A stretch of 64,000 bases of DNA from the IMG/VR virus record IMGVR_UViG_3300012348_000111, positions 1 to 64,000 of that record; one strand, given 5' to 3'. This stretch comes from a virus. The notes under the pieces were generated by a model. It saw only the letters and a list, made by a program, of their open reading frames with translations, had not been told where the DNA came from and did no database searches. The translations under genes and the position numbers were made by a program. Of the stretch, positions 18,220-27,438 are shown one piece after another. Numbering within the stretch: the stretch's first letter is position 1; each line of letters starts with the position of its first letter.

Positions 18220-18753
18220 CCATACCCTTCAGTTTATAAGAATGAACCAGTTGCTTGTGGGTATTCTTTTGCTCCTAGACATAATGAGTTTATGCCTCCT
18301 AGCTTAAAACAAATATTCAAAGCATTAAAGAGTGATCTTTATTATGACATAGCTGCATTTCCCCAAGACTTAGATCTTAAAGACTGGGTTAAACAAGGAA
18401 TAATGCTTCTTAATATGGGACTTACTGTAGAAGAAGGTAAGCCTGGTTCTCATTTAAAACAATGGGAATTCTTTACTAAAGAGGTAATTAAATCTTTTGA
18501 CAATAGCTCAGGTATTATTTTTATGCTTTGGGGTAAATATGCGCAAGAATTAAAACCTCTTATCAATACAGACTTACATTATGTATTAGAATGTACTCAT
18601 CCTGCATCTGCTATCTATAGTGGAACAGAATGGAAATGTAACAACTTTAGAAAAGTAAATGAAATTCTTTACAGCAATCATGGTGATATTATCAGATGGT
18701 TAGACGTAATAGAATTAGAATCACAAGAAGACTTAACAGTATTAATCAAATGA
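18220..18753 (+). CDS. ung: uracil-DNA glycosylase, exon 2 (spliced product 243 aa)
   Basis: PYP, ACGYSF, PPSL, QGIMLLN, GSH, LWG, HPAS. Confidence 0.9.
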   Translation, partial: PYPSVYKNEPVACGYSFAPRHNEFMPPSLKQIFKALKSDLYYDIAAFPQDLDLKDWVKQGIMLLNMGLTVEEGKPGSHLKQWEFFTKEVIKSFDNSSGIIFMLWGKYAQELKPLINTDLHYVLECTHPASAIYSGTEWKCNNFRKVNEILYSNHGDIIRWLDVIELESQEDLTVLIK

Positions 18754-18998
18754 AAACAATTAAAATCACAACCACACAACATTACACTAAAACAGCAGTA
18801 GTAGAAATTCCATTTCCAGATGATATTCACAATTTGGATGAGGTAGCAGACTTTCTCTATGATAATGAAGATTTGTATAGAGATAAATTAGAAACAAAGT
18901 TTGCATCAATTCGACCTGAGTTTGATGTAGAACAATCTCGCTACGATGTAATTGAAACTGTAGTACTAACTAAACAATTGTGGGGAGGTACACTATAA
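18750..18998 (+). CDS. hypothetical protein
   Basis: ATGA-coupled start MKTIKI. Confidence 0.7.
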   Translation: MKTIKITTTQHYTKTAVVEIPFPDDIHNLDEVADFLYDNEDLYRDKLETKFASIRPEFDVEQSRYDVIETVVLTKQLWGGTL

Positions 18999-19017
18999 AA
19001 ATTAATTAAATAAAATA

Positions 19018-19224
19018 ATGAACTGGATGGATTATGAATCAAATATGTCTAACAAATTAGATATGTTAGAACTAAAAGGTAAGTTAATAGAATATATTCT
19101 TGGAAGAATTAAATCATTAACTGCAATCAAAACAACAACTGAATATGAGTATACTGAAATACTCGGAAGAATTAAAGAACTAGAACTAATACTAAACGAA
19201 TTAAAACAAACAACCAATGAATAA
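19018..19224 (+). CDS. hypothetical protein
   Basis: ORF with A-rich leader. Confidence 0.6.
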   Translation: MNWMDYESNMSNKLDMLELKGKLIEYILGRIKSLTAIKTTTEYEYTEILGRIKELELILNELKQTTNE

Positions 19225-20068
19225 ATTAGAATTTTTAAAAGAAACTAAAACAGATTTTATAGTTTCTAAAAGACCACTTTTTGACGAGCATAACAATCCT
19301 TCTGGAGGATATGGTATCTATCGTAATGACACTAACAATTGTTTGGGTCTTGTTGGATCCAAATATACTCCTTCTCAAAATGAAGAGATTTTAGATCTTC
19401 TCATTGAAGCATCATCACAAATGAACATTGAAGCTAAAAGTGGTGGTGTTATTGAAAACGGTAAAAAAGTTTACTATCAGTTTCCAATAGAAGATACTCA
19501 AATTGGAAACTATGGTGTAAAACGTTTTATTACAGCATTAACCTCTCATGATGGATCATCACCAATAGGATTTGGTGTAAGTAACGTAAATGTTTATTGT
19601 TCTAATACTTTTTATAGAGCAATGACAGAACTTTCTAAAGTAAAGCATACTGCTTCTTACAAACAAAGACTAAATCTTATTGTTGAGAATTTAAGAAATA
19701 CTCTTATGGAAGAAACTATGGTTATAGATAACTTAAGAAAGATGAGTGAAATCTCTATACCTTCTTTTGTAACAGATGACTTTCTTCTAAATATTATGGG
19801 AGGATCTGAAGAATCAACTAGAACTAAAAACAGATTAGAATTAGTTAAAAGTGCTATTTCTATAGAAGAAAATGTACATGGTAGTAATCTATATGCTGTA
19901 TTTAATGGTATAACAAGATTTACCAATCACTTAACTAATTACTCAGACATAGACGCTAAGAGAAAATCTATTGTTTATGGTACAGGATACAAAATCAACA
20001 ATAATGCTTATGACAGAATTGTTGAAAACATCTTGAATCAAAAACAGACACAGGTTACTGTACTATAA
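19217..20068 (+). CDS. DUF932-family protein
   Basis: YRNDT..LGLVGSKYTPSQN, TSHDGS, VYCSN, NLYAVFNGIT. Confidence 0.85.
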   Translation: MNKLEFLKETKTDFIVSKRPLFDEHNNPSGGYGIYRNDTNNCLGLVGSKYTPSQNEEILDLLIEASSQMNIEAKSGGVIENGKKVYYQFPIEDTQIGNYGVKRFITALTSHDGSSPIGFGVSNVNVYCSNTFYRAMTELSKVKHTASYKQRLNLIVENLRNTLMEETMVIDNLRKMSEISIPSFVTDDFLLNIMGGSEESTRTKNRLELVKSAISIEENVHGSNLYAVFNGITRFTNHLTNYSDIDAKRKSIVYGTGYKINNNAYDRIVENILNQKQTQVTVL

Positions 20069-20078
20069 ATATTATTTA

Positions 20079-20188
20079 TATATTTGTACTCAGATACTCT
20101 TGTGTCTTGCTTTTCCTACTGTTTTTGTTTTAATTTTCCATTTCTGTTTGACATGAAGGGGGGTGTAAAAACCCTCCTTTTTGTTTTT
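20079..20188 (+). ncRNA. candidate U-rich small RNA bounded by a promoter and a terminator
   Basis: TATATTTG at 20079, a pyrimidine tract at 20096-20150, then AAGGGGGGT-GTAAAA-ACCCTCCTT plus T run. Confidence 0.5.
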
Positions 20189-20225
20189 ATAGAATTTCCT
20201 AAACCCAAATTATTATCTTTGTATT

Positions 20226-20867
20226 ATGATGAGAAAGAAAACAGAAAAAAAAGTTCCCATAAAAGGTGAACCAAAAGCAAAACCAACTATTATAAGAGAA
20301 CCTAAACAAGAAAAAGAACCAAAAGAAGAACCTTCTTGTTCTATCTGTAATAAGAAGAGACCCTTAGCTGTTAAGTCTAAGAAGATATGTATGGTCTGTA
20401 ACAAAAAGATTAAAGACCAACGAATAAAACACAGCAAGCAGATTAAAAGAGAACGTAAACAACAAAGTATAAGCTTTCTCACAACTAAACTAGATAGAAT
20501 ATTTAGTATATATGTTCGATTAAAGTATTCAGATAGCTACGGTAATGTTAAATGCTATACTTGTGATAACAGTCATCATTACAAAGCTATTCAAAATGGA
20601 CACTTTCAATCAAGAAGGTATATGTCTACTAGATTTCATGAAAATAATACTCGTCCTCAATGTTATGCTTGTAACGTAGGTTTACATGGTCAACAATATG
20701 TTTTTGGTGCAAACCTAGATAGAGAAGTTGGTTCTGGTACAGCAGAAAACATAATCTTACTTTCTAAACAACAAAAAAAGTTTTCTAGTTTAGAACTACA
20801 AGAACTTATTGATGAATATACACTCAAAGTAGATAACTTAAAGCTTCAGAAAGGGATTGTAGACTAA
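20226..20867 (+). CDS. NinG/Rap-like HNH-fold recombination nuclease
   Basis: LDRIFSIYVR, CYTC, QNGHF.SR, RFHENN..QCYACN; promoter TATCTTTG at 20214. Confidence 0.85.
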   Translation: MMRKKTEKKVPIKGEPKAKPTIIREPKQEKEPKEEPSCSICNKKRPLAVKSKKICMVCNKKIKDQRIKHSKQIKRERKQQSISFLTTKLDRIFSIYVRLKYSDSYGNVKCYTCDNSHHYKAIQNGHFQSRRYMSTRFHENNTRPQCYACNVGLHGQQYVFGANLDREVGSGTAENIILLSKQQKKFSSLELQELIDEYTLKVDNLKLQKGIVD

Positions 20868-21733
20868 TGAACAAATATTGTTGGGATATAGAAACATTCC
20901 CTAATTACTTTCTTGTAGTGTATAAAGACTACAAAACAAAAACATTTATTGAATTTGAAATAAGTGAGTGGCAAAACGACATAGATAAGTTATTAGCTTT
21001 TATTAAGAACGATTACTATGTGGGATTTAATTCACTTCACTTTGACGGACCTGTTCTTAACTACATAATTAAAGAGTATAGAATGCTTAAAGCCAAAGAT
21101 GGTTTTAATGCTGCATTTAAGATATGGGAATTTGCTCAACTAATTATTAACGATAGAGACGTTAAGATTGAAGGTGAAGAAGAAAACCTACAACTTGAAC
21201 TATTTGAAAAAGATTTAGATAAAGCAATTCCATTTGATACCAGTAAGTATATAGGAAACAATTTTGAACTCTATAAAAAATATAGATGGAATATGCCTTG
21301 GATTACTATAGATCTTTTTATGTACTGGTCTAAACTTATTAGACAAGCTAGAAAAATATCTTTAAAGGGTTTAGCTTGTCATCTAAATTGGGAGTGGATA
21401 CAAGAACTTCCTTTACATCCTACAAGCTTTGTAACAAAAGATATTCGTAAAGATGTAATCGACTATTGTCGTAACGACGTTAATGTCACAGAAAGGCTAT
21501 TAGAAGCCTTAAAAGATGATGTTAACTTTAGAAACACATTAGTAGGTGAATTTGGACATAGAGTTTTATGTTGGGATGGTCCAAAAATAGGTATGGAAGC
21601 ATTGGCAAAGTCTGTTGCTGATAAATCTGGACTACCTATAGAAGAGATTAAAGGTCACAAAACAATAAGAAAATCTTTAGCTCTTTCAGAAATAGTTATT
21701 AATGTAGAATTTAAAGAAAATACTTATGAGTAA
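20867..21733 (+). CDS. family B DNA polymerase, N-terminal 3'-5' exonuclease part
   Basis: WDIET (ExoI), GFNSLHFD (ExoII), SLK, YCRND (ExoIII). Confidence 0.85.
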   Translation: MNKYCWDIETFPNYFLVVYKDYKTKTFIEFEISEWQNDIDKLLAFIKNDYYVGFNSLHFDGPVLNYIIKEYRMLKAKDGFNAAFKIWEFAQLIINDRDVKIEGEEENLQLELFEKDLDKAIPFDTSKYIGNNFELYKKYRWNMPWITIDLFMYWSKLIRQARKISLKGLACHLNWEWIQELPLHPTSFVTKDIRKDVIDYCRNDVNVTERLLEALKDDVNFRNTLVGEFGHRVLCWDGPKIGMEALAKSVADKSGLPIEEIKGHKTIRKSLALSEIVINVEFKENTYE

Positions 21734-22859
21734 GAGTAAAGACGCTATTGTATTTAGAGAAATAAAACCAGCTTACGAGTGGCTTAAATCTCAAGTAGTA
21801 CCAAACACTAAAAGTATTAACTATTCTGTTATTCTTAAAAATCCTAATGGTACAATATTAAGATTTGATGGTGGTGGAGGTGGTGCTCATGCGTTAATAA
21901 ATAAAAAAGTAATCATTCCTAAAGAAAATGAAATTTTAGAAACCGCAGACGTAGGTTCATATTATCCCGCATCATTAATCAATCTTAAAGCTGTACCTGA
22001 TCATTTACCAATAGAAGACTTTATCAATGTCTACGATGGTAAAAGAAATGAAAGGATTGAAGTAAAGAAAAAAGGACTTAAAGATAAAGCAGACTTCTTA
22101 AAGCTTCAGCTTAACTCTGTATATGGTAACTTGAATAATTCATATTCTTGGTTATATGATTGGAAACAAACATTAAAAATTACTGTTAATGGTCAAATCA
22201 TCTTTTTGAAGATGGTTCAAGAATTCATAAATAACGGTATTAATGTTGTTTCAGTAAATACAGACGGTTTGGAAATCCTTTATGATCAATCACTTAAAGA
22301 AAAAGTAGCATCAATATTTGAACAAATAGGTAATCAGTTTGATTATGAATTTGAATATGATGAATACACAGCTATTTACTATCTTAACATTAATAATTAT
22401 TTGGCTATAACAAAAAAAGGTAAAGCCAAAAAGAAAGGTGTTTTTGTAACAGATCCTTCTTTAGAAAATGGACATGACTCTTTAATTATACCTAAGGCAT
22501 TAGAAGCACACCTTACTGGAGTAAAAGATTATAAAGATTTCATTTTAGAACACAATAATATTTACGACTTTTGTAATGCGTTTAAGATCGCCAAAAAGTA
22601 TCAAGTATACCACAATGGTGAAGTAGTTCAAAACTTAAATAGATTCTATGCGGCAATTAATGCTCCATATCTTTACAAGAAGAAAAAAGAATCTAAAGAC
22701 TTTGAACATGTATTTTCTCCAAGTGGTGTAACAATCTTTAATAGACACGTAGAAAAACCAATGAAAGAGTATAAAATAAACTATGCTTATTACATAGAAG
22801 AAGCAAGAAAAGTACTCATTGACCTAGAACTTTTATCAACACAACAAAAATTATTATAA
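21726..22859 (+). CDS. family B DNA polymerase, C-terminal catalytic part
   Basis: DVGSYYP (motif A), KLQLNSVYG (motif B), NTDG (motif C), KKKG. Confidence 0.9.
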   Translation: MSKSKDAIVFREIKPAYEWLKSQVVPNTKSINYSVILKNPNGTILRFDGGGGGAHALINKKVIIPKENEILETADVGSYYPASLINLKAVPDHLPIEDFINVYDGKRNERIEVKKKGLKDKADFLKLQLNSVYGNLNNSYSWLYDWKQTLKITVNGQIIFLKMVQEFINNGINVVSVNTDGLEILYDQSLKEKVASIFEQIGNQFDYEFEYDEYTAIYYLNINNYLAITKKGKAKKKGVFVTDPSLENGHDSLIIPKALEAHLTGVKDYKDFILEHNNIYDFCNAFKIAKKYQVYHNGEVVQNLNRFYAAINAPYLYKKKKESKDFEHVFSPSGVTIFNRHVEKPMKEYKINYAYYIEEARKVLIDLELLSTQQKLL

Positions 22860-22861
22860 TT

Positions 22862-23188
22862 ATGAATTTAAACGACTATCAAAAAGAAGCAACAGCTACA
22901 GCTGTTTACGGAGAAGGAAGTAAAATCATCTACCCTACATTAGGACTTGTAGGTGAAGCTGGTGAAGTTGCAAACAAAGTAAAAAAAGTATTAAGAGACA
23001 ACAATGGTGAATTTGATGAATGGAGAAAGCTTCAAATCATTGATGAAATCGGAGATGTTCTTTGGTACATTGCAGCATTAACTGGTGATTTAGGTTACAA
23101 TCTAGAAGATGTAGCCAAAATAAACATAACTAAGTTACAAAATAGAAGAAAAAACAATACCATTCATGGTGAAGGCGATAACAGATAA
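22862..23188 (+). CDS. MazG-like NTP pyrophosphohydrolase
   Basis: LGLVGEAGEVANKVKK..EIGDVLWY. Confidence 0.9.
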   Translation: MNLNDYQKEATATAVYGEGSKIIYPTLGLVGEAGEVANKVKKVLRDNNGEFDEWRKLQIIDEIGDVLWYIAALTGDLGYNLEDVAKINITKLQNRRKNNTIHGEGDNR

Positions 23189-23197
23189 ATAAAAATT

Positions 23198-23518
23198 ATG
23201 GAAAGTGTAGAGAGAAAAAAAGAAATTCTCTTAGATATTAAAAGGGCTTTTGTACTTGCAAAGGCCCTTAATTATCAGTACATGTATGTACGAGAATTTT
23301 TATCTCCAGAATTAAAGAAATCGGTAAATGAAGCTAAAGCAAAAAATTCGCACTTTATAAAACTTATAGAAGATGGGTTCATACGAAAAGGTATGAGTAA
23401 AGAATTTATAGATGCTGAAGATGAATTATCATTCCAGATTCTAGAGGAATTAGAAAAAATAAATAAACTTAAAACAGAAATAAAAGATGTCAATCAACAG
23501 AATTTACATTCCAGCTAG
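23198..23518 (+). CDS. hypothetical protein
   Basis: ORF in operon. Confidence 0.7.
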   Translation: MESVERKKEILLDIKRAFVLAKALNYQYMYVREFLSPELKKSVNEAKAKNSHFIKLIEDGFIRKGMSKEFIDAEDELSFQILEELEKINKLKTEIKDVNQQNLHSS

Positions 23519-23933
23519 GCTGGTACTAAATATTGATGGTACAATCCATCTTAAAGCAGACAGAGAACTTATGCAATCTTATTTTAATGAGATTCTAGAT
23601 TCTAACGATGAAGTAGATGTAGAAGTATCTATATCAAGAGTAGACAGCAAAAAAACTAATCCTCAGTTAGCTTACTTTTTTGCTGTAGTACTTCCTATTA
23701 TTAAAGCAAGATTTGAAGATTTAGAAGGATCAACATTCACCAAAGGAGAGATAATGACTATTCTTAAAGATAGATACTTCTTTGAGGAAGTTTATTATGG
23801 AGGAGAGTTTGTTAAAGAACATCTCTCTATCTCTAAAGCAAGTAAAAACGAAGTTAAGAAATTTATCGAAGATTGTATTGAATTTGCAACTACAATTCTA
23901 GATGTAGAAATACCAGAACCAACTAAAAATTAA
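23487..23933 (+). CDS. hypothetical protein, possibly NinB-like
   Basis: KTNPQLAYFFAVV and S.SKAS..E...FIE pattern. Confidence 0.5.
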   Translation: MSINRIYIPARLVLNIDGTIHLKADRELMQSYFNEILDSNDEVDVEVSISRVDSKKTNPQLAYFFAVVLPIIKARFEDLEGSTFTKGEIMTILKDRYFFEEVYYGGEFVKEHLSISKASKNEVKKFIEDCIEFATTILDVEIPEPTKN

Positions 23934-23936
23934 TTT

Positions 23937-24263
23937 ATGGAACAAGCATTAAGATACAACAAAGGAAAATTAAAATGGTCTCTAGTAGATTGGAAATCAC
24001 TAGAACCTATGGTAAGAGTATTAGAAATGGGAGCAGAAAAATATGCTCCCTATAATTGGACGAAAGGTATGCCTGTAACAGAAGTAAGCGAAAGTTTACT
24101 TAGACATATGTTTGCTTATTTAGAAGGAGAAGATTCTGATAAAGAAAGCAAAATTGAACATCTTGGGCATGTGATGTGCAACTGTATGTTTCTGATACAT
24201 ATTATGAGAGAGAAACCAGAGTTTGACGATAGAACAATAATAAATAAAAATGATAACGGATAA
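23937..24263 (+). CDS. dATP/dGTP diphosphohydrolase domain protein (DUF5664-like)
   Basis: RYNKGKLKWSL, GAEKYAPYNW.KG, SLLRH, D.ES...HLGH. Confidence 0.85.
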   Translation: MEQALRYNKGKLKWSLVDWKSLEPMVRVLEMGAEKYAPYNWTKGMPVTEVSESLLRHMFAYLEGEDSDKESKIEHLGHVMCNCMFLIHIMREKPEFDDRTIINKNDNG

Positions 24264-25227
24264 TCAATACCTAGAAGATGGCGCAGAAAGCCAAAGTAAA
24301 CTCAAAAAGATTTTAAAACATCCTTTCTTCTATCTCAATAATAAGTATTCTGATGATGATGAACCAGCAGAAGTAACACTTATAGGTGATGGAGTAGATA
24401 TGATTCTTACACAAGGAGAAGATAGCTTTAATGAAAATATACTTGTTGCTTCTGTAGAAAGACCTACTGGACAAATGGGTGATTATGTTTGGGCACTTTA
24501 TGTAAATAGACATAGAGAAGATCCTGAACAAATTGCATATGACATTGTAGGATTCAAAAGAGATACTCTAGACAAGGTAAAAGAAAGATTTAAATTAGAA
24601 GGTCAAGAGTACTATAATCAACTTTTAGAATCTGAAAATAAAAAAGTAATTACTCCAACTCAATATGAGACTATTCAAAACATTGTAGAAAGTTTAAAAC
24701 ATAATCAATTTACTCAAAGTATATTCTCAAACCCAAAATATCAAAGAGCATATCAAGTTCCTTTATATGGAATATGGGGTAGATTTAAAATGAAAGGTCT
24801 TTTAGATATGATTGTTTATGACTCTTCTACAAATACTATTCATCCTATAGATATAAAGACTACTTCTAAGTCATTACACTTCTTTGACGACACTATCTTT
24901 GATCATAGGTATGATTTTCAAGCTGCTTATTATTTAGAGCTTATAAACCAAAATTTGGGGCTTCTTAAAGCGCATTTTCAATGTAAGAGTGTACCCAACA
25001 TAGGTCACTTTAAATTTGTAGTAGAAAGCCAAGTTTATGTAAATGCCCCATTAATATTTGAAATGAGTGACGAATCCATTAACATAGGTAGAATAGGCGG
25101 TAAAAGAAAGAATAGAACATATGAAGGATTTACTCAAGCTTTTGAAAGGTTGGCTTATCACTTAGATACAGACTTGTGGGACTATAGAAAAGAAGATTAC
25201 GAATCTAAAGGAGTAAGATTAGTATGA
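24250..25227 (+). CDS. PD-(D/E)XK exonuclease (exo VIII/DUF3799-like)
   Basis: SQSKLK, KGLLD, IDIKTT, YDFQAAYY. Confidence 0.85.
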   Translation: MITDNQYLEDGAESQSKLKKILKHPFFYLNNKYSDDDEPAEVTLIGDGVDMILTQGEDSFNENILVASVERPTGQMGDYVWALYVNRHREDPEQIAYDIVGFKRDTLDKVKERFKLEGQEYYNQLLESENKKVITPTQYETIQNIVESLKHNQFTQSIFSNPKYQRAYQVPLYGIWGRFKMKGLLDMIVYDSSTNTIHPIDIKTTSKSLHFFDDTIFDHRYDFQAAYYLELINQNLGLLKAHFQCKSVPNIGHFKFVVESQVYVNAPLIFEMSDESINIGRIGGKRKNRTYEGFTQAFERLAYHLDTDLWDYRKEDYESKGVRLV

Positions 25228-25697
25228 AAAGATTTACTGACTTAAACAATACTGGAAAATATCTTTCTCATATTATATTTAAGCCAGGATCTATGAATAT
25301 TCTTTTAGAATATGGTTTAGAAAACGTCTATCTAGATGATTATAACCACAGATGTAAGTATATAGATTGTCTTTTCTTTTTAGTAAAACCCAAATACCCT
25401 AGAACAACTGATACTTATGGGGAATTTGAAGCTAAAATAACAAACTTTATCAGCTTCTATGATTATTATGAATTAGAAGAAGGTGTTGTTTATATTTTTA
25501 AAATTCCAGATAACTTAATTCCTGATGTTCACTTGTTTAAAGAAGGACTATATAAACAATTAAGTGATGATTTTTGGAAATCTATTGGAGCTAAAACAGC
25601 TTTAGATTTTTCACATGTGAAATTCGATATTAAAAAAGAAATCCTAAATTTTAATTACGGTCTTTTAATACCAGAACAAAACAAAATAGGGGGATAA
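25224..25697 (+). CDS. hypothetical protein
   Basis: ATGA-coupled ORF. Confidence 0.7.
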   Translation: MKRFTDLNNTGKYLSHIIFKPGSMNILLEYGLENVYLDDYNHRCKYIDCLFFLVKPKYPRTTDTYGEFEAKITNFISFYDYYELEEGVVYIFKIPDNLIPDVHLFKEGLYKQLSDDFWKSIGAKTALDFSHVKFDIKKEILNFNYGLLIPEQNKIGG

Positions 25698-25709
25698 TTT
25701 CCCCCTATT
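25685..25709. terminator. probable bidirectional terminator
   Basis: AATAGGGGGA-TAATT-TCCCCCTATT between convergent genes. Confidence 0.7.
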
Positions 25710-25746
25710 AACTACTATGAATGTAATATTATTTGTTTGCTACTTC

Positions 25747-26022
25747 TTACTCAGCTGCTATCTGCATTACAGGTTCAGAAGAAGAAGGTGATGGTTGATC
25801 ACTTAACAAACCTTGATTGTTCATACGTTCAATAATTGCTGATTTTACTTGATTAGCAGCATTAAGAACTTCAGCTAACGCTGAAAAAGGAACGGAACTT
25901 AAATTAACATGTTGAAGATCAAGCACTTGAATAAGAGCAGCTAACTCAACACCATTAATAGTAATTTCAGCATTAGGATCCCAATAAACGGTTTCTACTT
26001 GTTGATTTTTTTGTTCAGACAT
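25747..26022 (-). CDS. hypothetical protein on the opposite strand with its own promoter
   Basis: Start MSEQKNQ; TATATTTG at 26048-26041 (-) with TTG 20 nt upstream. Confidence 0.7.
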   Translation of the reverse strand: MSEQKNQQVETVYWDPNAEITINGVELAALIQVLDLQHVNLSSVPFSALAEVLNAANQVKSAIIERMNNQGLLSDQPSPSSSEPVMQIAAE

Positions 26023-26061
26023 AATTATTAATTTTGTATTCAAATATACAATAAAAAACAA

Positions 26062-26550
26062 ATGATAACAAGATATCCTATTCAGTACAAAAGCTTTGAT
26101 AAAAAAGCACCATTATTTTTAGACATTGCTAAAAGAGTAGCAGAAGAGTCTTATTGTAAGAGACTAAAAGTAGGTTCAGTAATAGTAAAAGATGGTAACA
26201 TACTATCTTTTGGTTATAATGGAGCTATTGGTGGTCATCCAAACAATTGTGAAGAAACAGTAGATGGACAATTAGTAACTCTTCCTACAGTTCTTCATTC
26301 AGAATCTAACGCTATTACAAAGGCATGTAAGTCACCAATTAGTACAAAGGGTGCAACAATGTATTGCACTCACTCATGTTGCGTAGAATGCGCTAAATTA
26401 ATTATTCAAAGTGGTATATCCACTTTTATTTATTTAAACGATTACAGAGACGATAAAGGTCTTGAACTTTTATTAAAATCTGACATTTATGTTATTAAAG
26501 CTACTAGTAGTCTAGATGAAAATAAATTAGAAATCTTAAGTAGCATGTAA
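26062..26550 (+). CDS. dCMP deaminase
   Basis: SYCKRLKVGS, GYNG, LHSESNAI, CCVECAK. Confidence 0.9.
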   Translation: MITRYPIQYKSFDKKAPLFLDIAKRVAEESYCKRLKVGSVIVKDGNILSFGYNGAIGGHPNNCEETVDGQLVTLPTVLHSESNAITKACKSPISTKGATMYCTHSCCVECAKLIIQSGISTFIYLNDYRDDKGLELLLKSDIYVIKATSSLDENKLEILSSM

Positions 26551-26577
26551 TATCTTTGCTAAAAACCAATTAAACAT

Positions 26578-26892
26578 ATGCCAAATTTATTTTATTACAC
26601 AGAAGTAGAACTTAAAGAAGATTCTACCACAATTACAACAGGTCATTCATTTAACCTCGACGACGTACTTCTTACCTATCCTAACGATGGTGTATTAGAT
26701 GTTGTTTTATCTGTAGGTGCAGATAAACTTAATCCAATAGACTATCAATTCAAAGTAGATCCTAAAACTAAACAAAGAGTTCCAGTTAAAGTTTCTAAAT
26801 TTGAAATCACAAATGAACCAATTACCATTAAACTTACAGTAAAAGAAGAAATTAACAAATTTTTTGAATTAACAGGAGGTCCTCAATGGTAA
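26578..26892 (+). CDS. hypothetical protein
   Basis: ORF after promoter TATCTTTG at 26551. Confidence 0.7.
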   Translation: MPNLFYYTEVELKEDSTTITTGHSFNLDDVLLTYPNDGVLDVVLSVGADKLNPIDYQFKVDPKTKQRVPVKVSKFEITNEPITIKLTVKEEINKFFELTGGPQW

Positions 26893-27359
26893 ATGATAAC
26901 GAAGACGATATGTTTGAAGATGGTTTTTTTGAAGACGACGATTTTTCAGATGACGATCAAGACTTTGAAGACTTCTTAAACGAAGTTGAAAAAGAACAAG
27001 GTTTAAATAAGATGGAAAACTTTGACGAATTACTAAAACAATTCTTTTTAGAAGACGGTCAAGTTAATCCTGAAGGTAAACTTATTCAATCTATCAAAGT
27101 AGAAAAAGGAGCAGATACTTATACTGAAGAAACTTGGATGTTTGGAGAGACTAAAGTGTCTAAAGTAACATTAGATACTAAAAGAACTCAAGAAGAACAA
27201 GATAAAGTTGAAAAAGAAAGGTATGTAGAATATCTTCAATCAACACTTGAACTTATCAGACATGAACTTCAAGTTGCTGTAAAAGAAGAAGATTATACTA
27301 GAGCAGCTGAGTTAAAGAAACGACTTCAAAAGATAGAAGAGTTTATCAAAAATTCATAA
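26886..27359 (+). CDS. acidic protein with C-terminal UVR (UvrB/C) coiled coil
   Basis: LQVAVKEEDYTRAAELKKRL. Confidence 0.8.
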   Translation: MVNDNEDDMFEDGFFEDDDFSDDDQDFEDFLNEVEKEQGLNKMENFDELLKQFFLEDGQVNPEGKLIQSIKVEKGADTYTEETWMFGETKVSKVTLDTKRTQEEQDKVEKERYVEYLQSTLELIRHELQVAVKEEDYTRAAELKKRLQKIEEFIKNS

Positions 27360-27362
27360 TAT

Positions 27363-27388
27363 AAGGGGGAGTAACATCCCCCTTTTTT
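27363..27388 (+). terminator. intrinsic terminator
   Basis: AAGGGGGA-GTAACA-TCCCCCTT followed by a T run. Confidence 0.85.
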
Positions 27389-27401
27389 ATTAAGACTTAA
27401 C

Positions 27402-27431
27402 TTGCAAAAATGATTTATAAGACTATATTTG
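27402..27431 (+). promoter_or_regulatory. Bacteroidota promoter for phoH
   Basis: TTG-N19-TATATTTG. Confidence 0.75.
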
Positions 27432-27438
27432 TAATCAG

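Noticed and set aside
16979-18753. ung as a pseudogene, or 18217..18753 as a separate TTG-start gene
   Set aside because: A precise group I intron explains the break; the TTG is the intron 3' end.
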